DNA of 62,770 nt, from the NCBI GenBank assembly GCA_020426485.1, contig JAGQPY010000002.1:1-62770 (forward strand). Direction: 5' to 3'. The translations under genes were made by a program, and so were the position numbers. Below are positions 26,813 through 37,120 of the stretch, in pieces. The DNA is from Planctomycetaceae bacterium (GTDB lineage: Bacteria > Planctomycetota > Planctomycetia > Planctomycetales > Planctomycetaceae). The stretch's first letter is position 1, and every line of letters starts with the position of its first letter. The notes under the pieces were generated by a model. That model did no database searches and was not told the origin of the DNA. It was given only the letters and a program-made list of their open reading frames with translations.

Positions 26813-28291
26813 TCAATCGGGTAGCTCTTCGCCACGTGTTTCCTTTGCCAGCAGAGTCACCACGACTCCGACAGCAAACAGCGGGATCATGTAGGTTGAC
26901 GACTGGTTGGGAGTCCATTTCAGCAAACCGCTGGCAAGGATGGCTGCCGCCGAACCGATTCGGCCGGCATTAAAGCAGAAGCCGGTCCCTGTACCTCGCA
27001 GTCGCGTGGGGAAGAGTTCCGGAAAGTAAACGGCATAGCCGGCGTGCATGCCCAGCGTCAGAAAGCCGAAAACTGGTAAAAACACGAGCAGAACTCCACG
27101 AGAATACTCGGGCGAATCGAGCACGTAGAACAGAACCATGGCGGCCAGAAAGCCACCGAGATGATAGAAAACGAATGCGCCTTTACGACCGATGAGGTTG
27201 GAGATGGCTCCGAACAAAACGAGGCCCAGTCCACCTCCCAGAACCATCACCAGAAACATGCCCGTCATTTCTTCCTGCTTCACTCGGCTTTTATGTTCCT
27301 TCATCGCCTGGTCACGCGCGGACAGTTGTGCTTCCGAGGCCGAATCCCAGTTCACATCAGCCAGTCCGGCTTCCGCCAGTACCGCAGCCGGATCACGATC
27401 CGCTCTCCGCTTGAGCGTGTCTTTGCCGTAGATGTGACAGCCCCAGAACGTTGTGAGTCCAATTGTGGCAAGGCTGACGCCAACGATGGTGTTGCGGAGG
27501 TACGTCGGCTTGAACAGGTCGGAAAGTGAACCCGTTCTCTGAGTCGCATCCTGACGTTCTCGCTCCCGAGCCTTAACCCACTGTTCCGGTTCACGCATCT
27601 TCCAGCGAATGAAGACGGTCAGCAGAGCCGGCAGGACGCCAATCACAAACCCCAGTCGCCAGGTATTTTCTTCCAGCACCTGAGCACTGATGATGAAGTA
27701 TCCCACCGCGACGGCCATCAGTGTTCCAAACACACTGGAAGCGTGAAAGATGGATCCCATCACGGCTCGCGAACGTTTCGGCATGACTTCCGCCACCATG
27801 GCACTGGCGACGGCCCATTCGCCGCCGACACCCATGGCCACAAGGAATCGCAGAGCCACCATCTGCCATGGAGCGTTGGCCAGTGCTGTGACGCAGGTGA
27901 AAACCGAATAGAACAGAATGGTGATGATCATCGTCTTCGAGCGGCCGATGCGGTCGCTCAGAATTCCGAACAGTACACCGCCAAAAGCACCTCCCAGAAG
28001 AAACGACGCCAAAGCGTAGTTATTCCACGATGCGATGGCTTTTCGAGTGGCATCGTCAATGGCCGAAGGATTGGCTCCCAGTAGTTGCGGCATCGCATCA
28101 TTCATGCTGGCCACGAAGACCTGACCTTCGAAGACGTCAAACACCCAACCCAGCGAAGCGATCAGTAACACGAGCCACTGATACGATGAAATGCCCTCAT
28201 ACCATTTCAGTGGCTGCTCCGGCGTGGTGAGTTGGCTGTCGTTCGATTGGTTAGATGATCCCGGTGCGTCCTCGATTCGTTGGTCGCTCAT
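26813..28291 (-). CDS. MFS transporter
   Basis: 492 aa with about 12 hydrophobic segments. MFS signature GILSDRIGRSKTM. ATG start. Confidence 0.92.
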   Translation of the reverse strand: MSDQRIEDAPGSSNQSNDSQLTTPEQPLKWYEGISSYQWLVLLIASLGWVFDVFEGQVFVASMNDAMPQLLGANPSAIDDATRKAIASWNNYALASFLLGGAFGGVLFGILSDRIGRSKTMIITILFYSVFTCVTALANAPWQMVALRFLVAMGVGGEWAVASAMVAEVMPKRSRAVMGSIFHASSVFGTLMAVAVGYFIISAQVLEENTWRLGFVIGVLPALLTVFIRWKMREPEQWVKARERERQDATQRTGSLSDLFKPTYLRNTIVGVSLATIGLTTFWGCHIYGKDTLKRRADRDPAAVLAEAGLADVNWDSASEAQLSARDQAMKEHKSRVKQEEMTGMFLVMVLGGGLGLVLFGAISNLIGRKGAFVFYHLGGFLAAMVLFYVLDSPEYSRGVLLVFLPVFGFLTLGMHAGYAVYFPELFPTRLRGTGTGFCFNAGRIGSAAAILASGLLKWTPNQSSTYMIPLFAVGVVVTLLAKETRGEELPD

Positions 28292-28694
28292 GCTTCAGGT
28301 TACTCGTTCTGGAATTTCAGGAAATGACGGGCGACAGAGCGGATGTCAGTCTGAGAAACCGTTGAGTGTAGACAGCTTGCCCGGCATTGAGGAGTCTCGG
28401 AGCAAACTTCCGACACGATCCTCCAATCAGGCATGCTGGTGAAGACAGAACGACCCGGCGATGAGCCATCTGCACGGGTGGCTGCTTCAGCGGACGGAGT
28501 GTCCCTCGGGTCCGCCGAAAGCTCGATGAGACGCGAATGCGATGTCGCTTTACGTGGCCAGGCGAACATATGATGAAGCAGTGTCAGCGTTTCGTAAGGT
28601 CGTCGCAGATCTGGACTGTGATTGTCTGAGTTAATCAACGTGAAACGTGACGAGGGAAGCGGGCCAACTCGTTTTCCACTGAATTCGCTCAGGT

Positions 28695-29519
28695 ATGTCG
28701 ATGCATCAATTTTACTTTCTGAAGGTTGCTCACAGTTCCTTTGCGAGGAACTGGCGAGTTTCCGAATACCACCAGTTCATCTTCCATGGTTTGGAACATT
28801 ACTGCGGCAAAGAAGAAGATCCGCAGCATCTTAATCCTCGACTGACCAACAACGTCCGAGATCGACTTCATCTTTGGCACAGTGGTCATGTCGTGCCGGA
28901 TATGTTTTCACCTAGGGCTTGGACATTTTTAGTCAGCAAGGATGTTCAAGACGCATTTTCCCGATTTGACGGGATCGGTTTCACAGATATCACCATTGAA
29001 CATATTGTTGATCTGCCGATGCCGGACCTGGGGGTGTTGCCTAATCCGCCGTTTGATGGAACAAATCCTGCCGCGATGTTCACAAGACGAGCTCAAAAAG
29101 AACTGATGGCAGGGATGGCCGATCAACCGGAACTTCATTATCGTTTTCGCGATCATCGACAGTTACTCATGGCTGCTCACATTGATCTTGCAGATCAGTT
29201 GACCGATACCGAACGCGTCGACGTGAACTTTGGCTCGTTCTCTTATCTGGAGACGGTGCTGTTGTCGCGGGAGTTGCTTCAGATGTATCCCATCTATAGT
29301 GCTGGCGGTTGCATCTATGTTGTTCGGGATGACTTCTACGCTGTGCTGGCTCGATTTCTGGAACCTGACTACTACCTGACAGCGTGGCTGGACACGACTC
29401 CTCAGCCCGTTCATCCGTGGCAACGGCCTGATGAACTGGAACGCCGTCGTCGCTTCATAGAGGAGCAACAGAAACAACAGAAAAAAGATTCCACTGCAAG
29501 TGACGGTGGAAATGGTTGA
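28695..29519 (+). CDS. Hypothetical protein (possible Imm11/DUF1629-like immunity-type protein; weak)
   Basis: 274-aa ORF, the only plus-strand gene within about 47 kb. Lower GC by hand count. Segments FYFLK..RNWRV and FLVSKDVQDAFSRFDGIGFTDITIE recall DUF1629 patterns. Confidence 0.6.
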   Translation: MSMHQFYFLKVAHSSFARNWRVSEYHQFIFHGLEHYCGKEEDPQHLNPRLTNNVRDRLHLWHSGHVVPDMFSPRAWTFLVSKDVQDAFSRFDGIGFTDITIEHIVDLPMPDLGVLPNPPFDGTNPAAMFTRRAQKELMAGMADQPELHYRFRDHRQLLMAAHIDLADQLTDTERVDVNFGSFSYLETVLLSRELLQMYPIYSAGGCIYVVRDDFYAVLARFLEPDYYLTAWLDTTPQPVHPWQRPDELERRRRFIEEQQKQQKKDSTASDGGNG

Positions 29520-29695
29520 CGCTTGTTGATTTCAAATGCCTGCGCTCAACTGCACTCGTTCTATTTGAGTCCGGACCACTTCGCTCGTCTTTCCGGATCT
29601 GCGCCCTGTTTGATCAAAACGAGAGTCAATGACACGGAAGTAACGCTGCAATCATGGAAGTTTCGTTCAGTAGTCCGGCTTTGAATGAGCCCGCA

Positions 29696-31333
29696 TTACC
29701 GCTTTGGTTTCTGCTGTTCCAGGGCCTGTTTGCCCAGCATGACGTCCGTGAATCCCTTCAGGTCTGTCCAAAACGTGCCTTCACCGGCGTACAGCATGTC
29801 CAGTTGGACATCGTCCGGCAGTCCGGTGGCAAACGTCCACTGGTTGTAGGCAGAACCGGACCCAAAGGCGGCGACGGCCAGGCCAAAAAGTTCGGACTTG
29901 GCTTCGGCTTCCAGTTGTTTGGCTCCCGCTTTGGCTTTACCCAGATTGATGCTGGCCTGAGCTTCAAGTTCGGCCGTTTTCTTTTCGATTGCCGCCACCA
30001 GTTTGGTGGTCCCGGCTTTTGTTTCCTGAGCCTGCTTTTCGCCTTCGGCTTCTGCCTGAGCCACCAGCTTTTTGGTCTCTGCTTTCACACGCTCGGTTTC
30101 CAGCTCCACTTTCTTTTCGGCTTCTCGAAGTGCAGCTTCCGTGGTGGCGGTCAGTAACTCCTGATCACGCGTCAGTTTCAGTTCGTCAGCGACGAATTTT
30201 TCCTGAATTGGCTTTCGGACTTCCTGAGGAATGTGGATGTTCCGTACAAAGCCGTGCAGCAGCGTCAGCCCCTTATCTTCCAGGATGCGTTCGAAAGCAT
30301 CAGAGACTTCGTCCTGAAACAATCGGCGAGTCTCTCCGACCAACAGGTCAACGGCTCCCAGAGAAGAACCCTTGTTTCGACAGATACTTTCAATCTGCGG
30401 GACAACAACTTTGGCCTCGACGGCATCCAGCGTGCCGAATTTGCGGATCACATCCGAAGCCTGTTCCGGCATGATGCCCCAGACGGCTGTGAAGTCCATG
30501 TGAATTCGGAATCCATCGTTTGATGGAAAGGAAATTCCGCTTTCGTCATCGACAACGGTCGGTTCACCGCTTTCATCAAGGACCGGGATTCCATTTTTGC
30601 TGACCAGATTCGCCTTCACTGATTTTTCTGCATACCCGATTCCCACGATATCAATATGCTGTTCATTTGGATTGACCGGGTAAAGGCCTGGCTGCAGCAC
30701 TTTGTCCTGAATCCCCGGTTTGGCATTGGTCAGCGGATTGTCAGTAAGATTTGTTACGACACCAACGTATCCCGTCGGGATGGAAACCCACCCGGCGTGC
30801 TTCAGCTGCTGTCCGGATTTGATGGTTTCTTCCTGAATCACGGAGACGTTATAGGCATAGTCATTGATGCGATAGGTTCCCGGCCCCAGTACTTTTCGCA
30901 GAATGCCTTTGTCGGAAGTGGCATCAAGGTCGCCATCCACAAGGAACTGGCCGCTTGCGAGGTCATTGCCCATCTTGCTGGAGACAACGGCAACTTCGCC
31001 GGGTTTCACCAGCACATCGGGAACCAGTTTTGTCTGCCACCAGCCAATCCACAGGAAATGCCGACCCGGACCGAGCATGTCCTTCAGGATGCCGATTTCC
31101 AGAGGATTTCCGTTCTCATCCACCTTGGCAAACTGGCCCGGCTGCGCCACCGGACGATTTCCCGGCAGCAATGGAAGTGGAGGCCCTTTGTATCGCAGCA
31201 CCAGGCTGTGACCTTCCGGTACATAGACGCGGTTGAAGGTCCATTGAAAGGCCTCGATGCCGACGAGCAGCAGCACAATGGCCGGAATGCCGATGCTGAA
31301 GGTCGCACGTTTGCTCTTGGATGTTGTATTCAT
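29696..31333 (-). CDS. SPFH/band-7 (flotillin/HflK-like) membrane protein with an N-terminal beta-rich extension
   Basis: N-terminal TM FSIGIPAIVLLLVGIEAF. SPFH core DGFRIHMDFTAVWGI...VVPQIESICRNKGS. Ala/Glu/Lys coiled coil. The ATG at 31333 is preferred over TTG 31432. Confidence 0.85.
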   Translation of the reverse strand: MNTTSKSKRATFSIGIPAIVLLLVGIEAFQWTFNRVYVPEGHSLVLRYKGPPLPLLPGNRPVAQPGQFAKVDENGNPLEIGILKDMLGPGRHFLWIGWWQTKLVPDVLVKPGEVAVVSSKMGNDLASGQFLVDGDLDATSDKGILRKVLGPGTYRINDYAYNVSVIQEETIKSGQQLKHAGWVSIPTGYVGVVTNLTDNPLTNAKPGIQDKVLQPGLYPVNPNEQHIDIVGIGYAEKSVKANLVSKNGIPVLDESGEPTVVDDESGISFPSNDGFRIHMDFTAVWGIMPEQASDVIRKFGTLDAVEAKVVVPQIESICRNKGSSLGAVDLLVGETRRLFQDEVSDAFERILEDKGLTLLHGFVRNIHIPQEVRKPIQEKFVADELKLTRDQELLTATTEAALREAEKKVELETERVKAETKKLVAQAEAEGEKQAQETKAGTTKLVAAIEKKTAELEAQASINLGKAKAGAKQLEAEAKSELFGLAVAAFGSGSAYNQWTFATGLPDDVQLDMLYAGEGTFWTDLKGFTDVMLGKQALEQQKPKR

Positions 31334-31448
31334 GTCGTCATCACTCCGGTGATGGTCAGGTTGAACAGCGTGGCTGTCGAAGTTTGTGCGAAAAGCATTG
31401 CTGAATTTGTGGCGACGTTGGCAGCGGGCCAATTGCCGACCATGCTCG

Positions 31449-33068
31449 TTAAGGCTTTGGTGAATCGTCAGCGGCTTCGACAGATGTCGCTACCTTCGCG
31501 GACTTGTTCTTAGTACCGGCTGTTGATCGTTGCTGTGTCGGCGTGGAGAAGCTGTCGTTGAAGGACTCAAAAATCTTCATGATCGGACTGTCCGCCGTAT
31601 TGATCATCATGCGGCGATAAGATGACGAGAGTTTCTGGAACAGCACATACTGAGCGTAACCCTGACCATCACCGCTGAAGGCTTCCACGGCCTTTTTCCA
31701 GCCAGCAGCTTCAGCTTCGTTATCAAACCGAACCACGTCGGCCGCTGCTTTACCTCGCGCTTCAATCGCAGCGGCCTCGTCCATTGAGGCGTCCAGTTTC
31801 AGCTGAGCAACCGCCAGGTTTTCGTTTGCTTTCGTGACAGCGACTTCCTGTTCCTGCATCGCTTGAGTTGTAATCTGAACGACCATTTGGTCCGCAGAAA
31901 CCAGTGCCTGTTTTTGTTCGACCATGGCTTTGCCAACGGCAAGCTTCTGTTCAGATTCCTGCTGCAGTGTCTGCTGCTTGTACTGCATCTCCTGCTGCTT
32001 GGCGATTTCGCGATCGCGAACCGGTTGAGCGATCTGTTCGGGAGGTCGAATTCGGGTAATCAGAGCCTGGATGATTTCAATGCCCAGCGGTTGACAGGCG
32101 TCCCGCATGGATTTTTCGAATGCCTCCTGAAACTCAGTGCGAGTCTGTCCCTGAATGAAATCGCGTCCGGATGAATTGGAACCCTGAAGACGGCAGAAAC
32201 TGCGAGCATTTGGCATGATCACCGTCTTGACGATCTCTTCATCAATTTCCGGACCATTGTCAGACTGATTGAACAGAACATAGACTTCCGCAGCTTTTTC
32301 CGGATCGACGCGGAACTCAATCACGCCGTCCAGGCTGACCCAGAAGCCGTCCTTTGAAGGGAACCCCATGTCACCTTCTTCGCCAAGGTTGAATCGCTGG
32401 CTGCGACAATCGACAAGGTCAACTCGATACACATACGGACTGACATAGTGAGTTCCTGGTTCCAGCGTCGCTTGCTGGACACCGCGTTCACCTTCATTCA
32501 CCAGCAGCCGATTTGGTTCGCTCGCCAGTGGAGCCGCCAGATTTGTCACGACACCCTTGAAGCCAGCCGGGATCGTGACGGGTTTATGGATTTCCACCGC
32601 ATACAAATAGGGATTGATCGGATAGCGCCCCGGGTTCAGAACTCCGGGCATAATCCCTTTGGTGGTGGCTTTGCCGCTCGCGTCGACTCGGGCCAGATAC
32701 TCACCGTAGCCCAGATCATCCCCGGTCAGGCTGACCAGCACTCCCATTTCACCGGTCATGATCTCTGTCTGTTTGACGACCTGCCATGACCATGCATACG
32801 GGTTGTAGAAATAACGACCTTCCGTCAGGACTTCCGGTTGGATGCCTTTGTGTTCCAGATCCGGAGCAATCTCCTGCCCGTTCGTCAGGTCCTTGCCGAT
32901 TTTGTGAGTCAGAATGGCAATCTCGCCGCTGCTTACATCAATCCGGAAGCTGGTGTAGACCATCCAGACCAGGCCCATTGCCAGTCCGGACAGCAACATC
33001 ACTCCCAGAAGTGCTGCGGCTGCCTTCTGCTGTCCGCTGGAGGAATCGGAGCCGGAATTTCCTGACAT
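31449..33068 (-). CDS. SPFH/band-7 membrane protein, paralog of the downstream gene
   Basis: TM AALLGVMLLSGLAMGLVWMV. SPFH core DGFWVSLDGVIEFRV...IMPNARSFCR. A long Q/E/A coiled coil. ATG 33068; the longest ORF starts at GTG 33101. Confidence 0.85.
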   Translation of the reverse strand: MSGNSGSDSSSGQQKAAAALLGVMLLSGLAMGLVWMVYTSFRIDVSSGEIAILTHKIGKDLTNGQEIAPDLEHKGIQPEVLTEGRYFYNPYAWSWQVVKQTEIMTGEMGVLVSLTGDDLGYGEYLARVDASGKATTKGIMPGVLNPGRYPINPYLYAVEIHKPVTIPAGFKGVVTNLAAPLASEPNRLLVNEGERGVQQATLEPGTHYVSPYVYRVDLVDCRSQRFNLGEEGDMGFPSKDGFWVSLDGVIEFRVDPEKAAEVYVLFNQSDNGPEIDEEIVKTVIMPNARSFCRLQGSNSSGRDFIQGQTRTEFQEAFEKSMRDACQPLGIEIIQALITRIRPPEQIAQPVRDREIAKQQEMQYKQQTLQQESEQKLAVGKAMVEQKQALVSADQMVVQITTQAMQEQEVAVTKANENLAVAQLKLDASMDEAAAIEARGKAAADVVRFDNEAEAAGWKKAVEAFSGDGQGYAQYVLFQKLSSSYRRMMINTADSPIMKIFESFNDSFSTPTQQRSTAGTKNKSAKVATSVEAADDSPKP

Positions 33069-34001
33069 TGTGGAACTCCCAAGGTCGAATTGATGACCCA
33101 CTGTTCAAACAAGGAGCCAAAGTGCAGTGACTGAAGAACACAGAACTGCTGGCTGAAGCTTCAACGACTGCAAACGCAAACTGTCGACGTCCGGATCAAA
33201 TCAATTTTGCTTTGTCGACGGAGATGCTGACAAGTGAGCCGTCCATTCAGGTGCTCGGACCACACTCGAAAGCGGCGGTTGTTGAGATTTGTCAACACGC
33301 TGAACGCTACGTCATAAGTTCGACCGCGCACCTGAATTCTTTGGGATTTCATAGGTTTTTGACGGCCGGAACTCTGAATCCCTGCGAAAACCAGTTGCTG
33401 CTTTCACTTGTTTTGAACAGACGGGGCAGGTTTCCGCTCTGTTTGTTGTGGTTTGGTCTGCAGATTTGCTGATCGAGTCATTCAATCCCGACGGGTACTG
33501 ACGATGTACTGTCCATTTGAGCACTAACAGCCCGTTGAAAAACCGGGACAGGCACGCATGATGACTGCAAAGAGCCGTGTTTTCAGACTCTTTCCGCGAG
33601 CCAGTCCCGTTTTTCAACAGGCTGCTAAGGGGGCGAGAGTCAGTCGTCGATCTCAGATTTCGAATTTCATGCGGCAAGCCGTGTCTGTTGGAGCACGGGC
33701 ATTCCTTGAACTCGATTCGAGTTCAGTTTCCGACAGAACGACTCAGCTGTCATGCGGGCAATCTCCCAACACAGCTCAAGGCTCGTTTCCCATCGATTCG
33801 TGTTCGGACTGACAGCGAAGTCGCCAACGTGATGTCGTGGATTTTGACGCGTTGGTGCAACTGATTCTGCTCATACACAGCAATATCAATGATATCAACC
33901 GAGCGTCTTGATGTGGACGTTGATTTGCTGCAAGGCTCTGCGGACAATTCATTGACGTTTTGAAGTCGTGACCTGCTGTCAGGGTATGGTCGAGATTCAT
34001 C

Positions 34002-35048
34002 TCAGGATGCGGTCAGAATTTCATCCAGCGTCACAACTTCGCCTCGCCGAATGGATTCCTGTGCTGCCAGGCATACGGCGACATTCAGTCGAGCCGCATT
34101 TCCATTGTTCAGCGGTTGCTGCCCCGTGCGACAGCATTCCACGAAGTGAGCAAGTTCAGCTTTGATGCCTCGATCAACGCGGCCGGATGCGTCGCGAAAT
34201 CCCGCTTCATCATCGGCATCAGGTACAAGTTCTTCGGCGTGCTGTCGTGGTTCAAACTGATGATATGAAAGTCGAAGTGCCTGATTCCACGTATCAATGC
34301 GTCCCTGACTTCCGACGATTCCGATTTCGCAGTCACCTCCTGCCGGCGCGAACAGGCAGATTTCAAGAATGGCACGACGACTACCTTCGAATTCCACCAG
34401 AACCTGAGCATTGTCCAGCAACTCTCGATCGGTCAGTACATCCTTACCACCGAACGCCATCACTCGGAGTGGTTTCGCATCGAACATCCAGTTGAACAGG
34501 TCAAAGTGATGGCAGTTTTTTTCAAGGAGCATTCCGCCTGTCTGCATTTCACTCGATCTCCAGCCGGGACGCATCGGCCCGCGATATTCTCGACACCACA
34601 TGATCCTGCCGTCTCCGACTGCTCCCTGACGGATCATGGCGTGCATCTTCTGATACAAAGCCTGATGGCGCATTTCGTGTCCAACCTGCAGAATGCGGTT
34701 CGCCGTCTGAGCAGCGGCGATGATGTCGTCGCACTGTTTGATCGTCAGCCCCAGCGGTTTTTCACACAGGACGTGCTTGCCTGCCGCAAATGCTGCCATC
34801 GCCGCCTCATGATGTCGATCATTGGTCAGCGCGACAATGACGGCATCAAGATCCCGGACCTGAAGAACGTCGGACCAGTTCTCGAATGTCTGCAGAGAAT
34901 CACCGACAAGGCTGCGAGCGACGTCCCGACTTTCGCTGCTGCGACTGCTGACGGCCGCAACTTCCACGCCCGACAGACGAAGCAGGTTCTTCAGATGAGC
35001 TTCCCGCCCAAACCAGCCCGCGCCAAGCAATCCGATCCTCAGAGTCAT
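34002..35048 (-). CDS. Gfo/Idh/MocA-family oxidoreductase (cytoplasmic)
   Basis: MTLRIGLLGAGWFGREAHL Rossmann start and the EKPL motif (VLCEKPLG). Confidence 0.9.
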   Translation of the reverse strand: MTLRIGLLGAGWFGREAHLKNLLRLSGVEVAAVSSRSSESRDVARSLVGDSLQTFENWSDVLQVRDLDAVIVALTNDRHHEAAMAAFAAGKHVLCEKPLGLTIKQCDDIIAAAQTANRILQVGHEMRHQALYQKMHAMIRQGAVGDGRIMWCREYRGPMRPGWRSSEMQTGGMLLEKNCHHFDLFNWMFDAKPLRVMAFGGKDVLTDRELLDNAQVLVEFEGSRRAILEICLFAPAGGDCEIGIVGSQGRIDTWNQALRLSYHQFEPRQHAEELVPDADDEAGFRDASGRVDRGIKAELAHFVECCRTGQQPLNNGNAARLNVAVCLAAQESIRRGEVVTLDEILTAS

Positions 35049-35319
35049 GCGTCATCAGTCTCCCACAAATGTGTCATCGTTCGGCCATTCGTCACCGCAA
35101 TCCGTCATGCTTTGCCCGACTCGAAGCCACAGACCAACGCCGGAGCGATGACGTGGCGGACATACCGTCCAGTCGAACAGAGGCCCTGACAGGACCTCTC
35201 GTGGCGCGTCTTTTTGTGCTGTCGTCTCCGCGTGTCAGGGACGGGGCAAAACTGGTTTGGAAGCCCCGTTGCCCGTGTCCGGGGACGCAGTGCGTTTGGC
35301 CGGAATCAGCCTGGCGATA

Positions 35320-35357
35320 ACAAAGAAAAGGTGCGATGACCACGAATCATCGCACCT
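35320..35357 (-). terminator. Rho-independent terminator of the beta-barrel gene
   Basis: On the minus strand: AGGTGCGATGA-TTCGTGG-TCATCGCACCT, a perfect 11-bp stem, followed by TTTCTTTG. A second imperfect hairpin lies at 35373-35402, directly after the stop. Confidence 0.75.
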
Positions 35358-35411
35358 TTGCGGTCATTCGTCGAATGACCTGAACTGTTCAGGAGTTCAT
35401 TCGAGAGAGTT

Positions 35412-36659
35412 TCAGAAGAGATACTCCAGTCCGAGATTGCCGCCGTGGGCGAATATGTTGCCTTCGGTGTTGACTCGGTACCGTCCTGCCGACGTGAAGG
35501 AATCAACCTGATTCGGAGCCAAAGCCACTCCGGAAACGAAGATGACGTTGTATCCGCCAACAAGACGCAGGTTGGGCGTAATGCAGTAGCCCGTCTGCAG
35601 ACCAGCTCCACCCACAAACGATACTACATCGTTCGAGTTCGTCGCCGTTCGGCCGTAGATCGACGTGTCATCGCCGACACCTGTGTACCGATAAACAGCC
35701 GTTCCGCGAGCATGATTGTGATACGCACCACCTCGAACGATGGCGTTCAGATTGAAACGGCAGGTTTTCAGCAGCGACGCGGAAACGATCGCCTGAAACC
35801 CGTTCAGGTCGTTTGTTGTGTTGAAACTTTCGCTGATCGTCAGCTGATCCGGAGCGCCGTTGTTGCCCAGCAGCGATTCGTCTTCAATGCCGTTGGGGGT
35901 GCCGCCGAGAAAGTTCAGGCCGGCAACTCCTGTCAGCGTTGCATGCGACAATCCTCCTGTCGGTAAGCCAATATCCGTTGCCCGAAACGTACCCGTAATG
36001 GAAATACCTGCGGCTTCGTCGACCTGAAGATTTCGATAACCCAGTCCAAACTGAAAATTGGAGCACGCGTCATTTGTCAGGAGATTCGCCTGAATGTCCC
36101 GAATGTTGCTGTCATAGAACTGGTTGTACGTCGGAGCAGGATCTGCCAGAGCTGCATTTGGACCGAGGCCGTCGTGTTCATCAGCTTCTCCACCCAGACC
36201 GCCATCGGCGGCGATGTGAAGGGGCTGGAAGAAAGTCGTCGTGTCAATGGAATTCGCGCCGGCTGGCCAGCTGGTTCCCAGACCTTCGTCGAACGAAAGC
36301 CCGGCATTCAGTGTTCCCGCGTTCTGCCAGTTCCAGTTTCCGTAGTCAGCGAACACAGCTTCAATGCGATAGTCGGTATTCTGTGCTCCCAGAGTCACAC
36401 GATAACCATGCTCAAGATCGAAATCCGAGTCGTTGAAGCTCAGCCGCGCTGCGTCCGGGCCGTTGATGACGTTTGGAACGTCTGAAACCGTACTTCCTCG
36501 TGTGAAGTACAACCATTCTGCTCTGGCCGTGTATTGTGTTCCATCGTTATCAGCCACCGATTGCAGCCACACCGGACTCTGGGCAAAAGCTGGCCGATTG
36601 CTGACGGCGAAACCAAGTACACACAGCGTTAGTAATGATCGCCAGAACCACTTCGTCAT
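35412..36659 (-). CDS. Outer-membrane beta-barrel protein (BBP7-like)
   Basis: The ATG at 36659 gives the signal peptide MTKWFWRSLLTLCVLGFAVSNRPAFAQ. Gly/aromatic alternating strands. The C-terminus ends in an aromatic residue (...NLGLEYLF). Confidence 0.82.
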   Translation of the reverse strand: MTKWFWRSLLTLCVLGFAVSNRPAFAQSPVWLQSVADNDGTQYTARAEWLYFTRGSTVSDVPNVINGPDAARLSFNDSDFDLEHGYRVTLGAQNTDYRIEAVFADYGNWNWQNAGTLNAGLSFDEGLGTSWPAGANSIDTTTFFQPLHIAADGGLGGEADEHDGLGPNAALADPAPTYNQFYDSNIRDIQANLLTNDACSNFQFGLGYRNLQVDEAAGISITGTFRATDIGLPTGGLSHATLTGVAGLNFLGGTPNGIEDESLLGNNGAPDQLTISESFNTTNDLNGFQAIVSASLLKTCRFNLNAIVRGGAYHNHARGTAVYRYTGVGDDTSIYGRTATNSNDVVSFVGGAGLQTGYCITPNLRLVGGYNVIFVSGVALAPNQVDSFTSAGRYRVNTEGNIFAHGGNLGLEYLF

Positions 36660-37006
36660 GAATGCGTCTCCCGCGTTAAGGCATCCTGCGTTCAGCATTC
36701 CGGGCCGAACAAAATCTCCTGCAGCCACTGCGCACAAGTGCACGCTGCCATCTTGAATGTCGATCTTTCGGCAAATGCGCAATCACTGCTTTTCAAACAT
36801 GTCAAACGCAATTCCTGCAGAAATGCGTTCCCGCAGAGGGGTTCTGCCTGCCGTGCTGGCTGAAAAGATTTCGACATTTGTTCAACTATCGCCGAATGGA
36901 CCGGTTCTGCAGGTTTTCTGTCTGGTGCACCCTTTGAGTCTGAAACGCATTGCAGCGAGAACAGCTGGTCTTCGTTTGACAGCCGAGACAAGGTTGCATT
37001 GGCGCA

Positions 37007-37039
37007 TAAAAAAGCCACCAGTCATTCCTGATCGGTGGC
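37007..37039 (-). terminator. Rho-independent terminator downstream of the TauD-like gene
   Basis: On the minus strand: GCCACC-GATCAGGAATGACT-GGTGGC followed by TTTTTTAT. Confidence 0.6.
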
Positions 37040-37120
37040 AACGAAACCTACAGCCAGAACAAGCTCATCCGGCGGTGGTTCAGAATATCGGCACAGTCGA
37101 CGTCGGCACGGAATGGCGTT

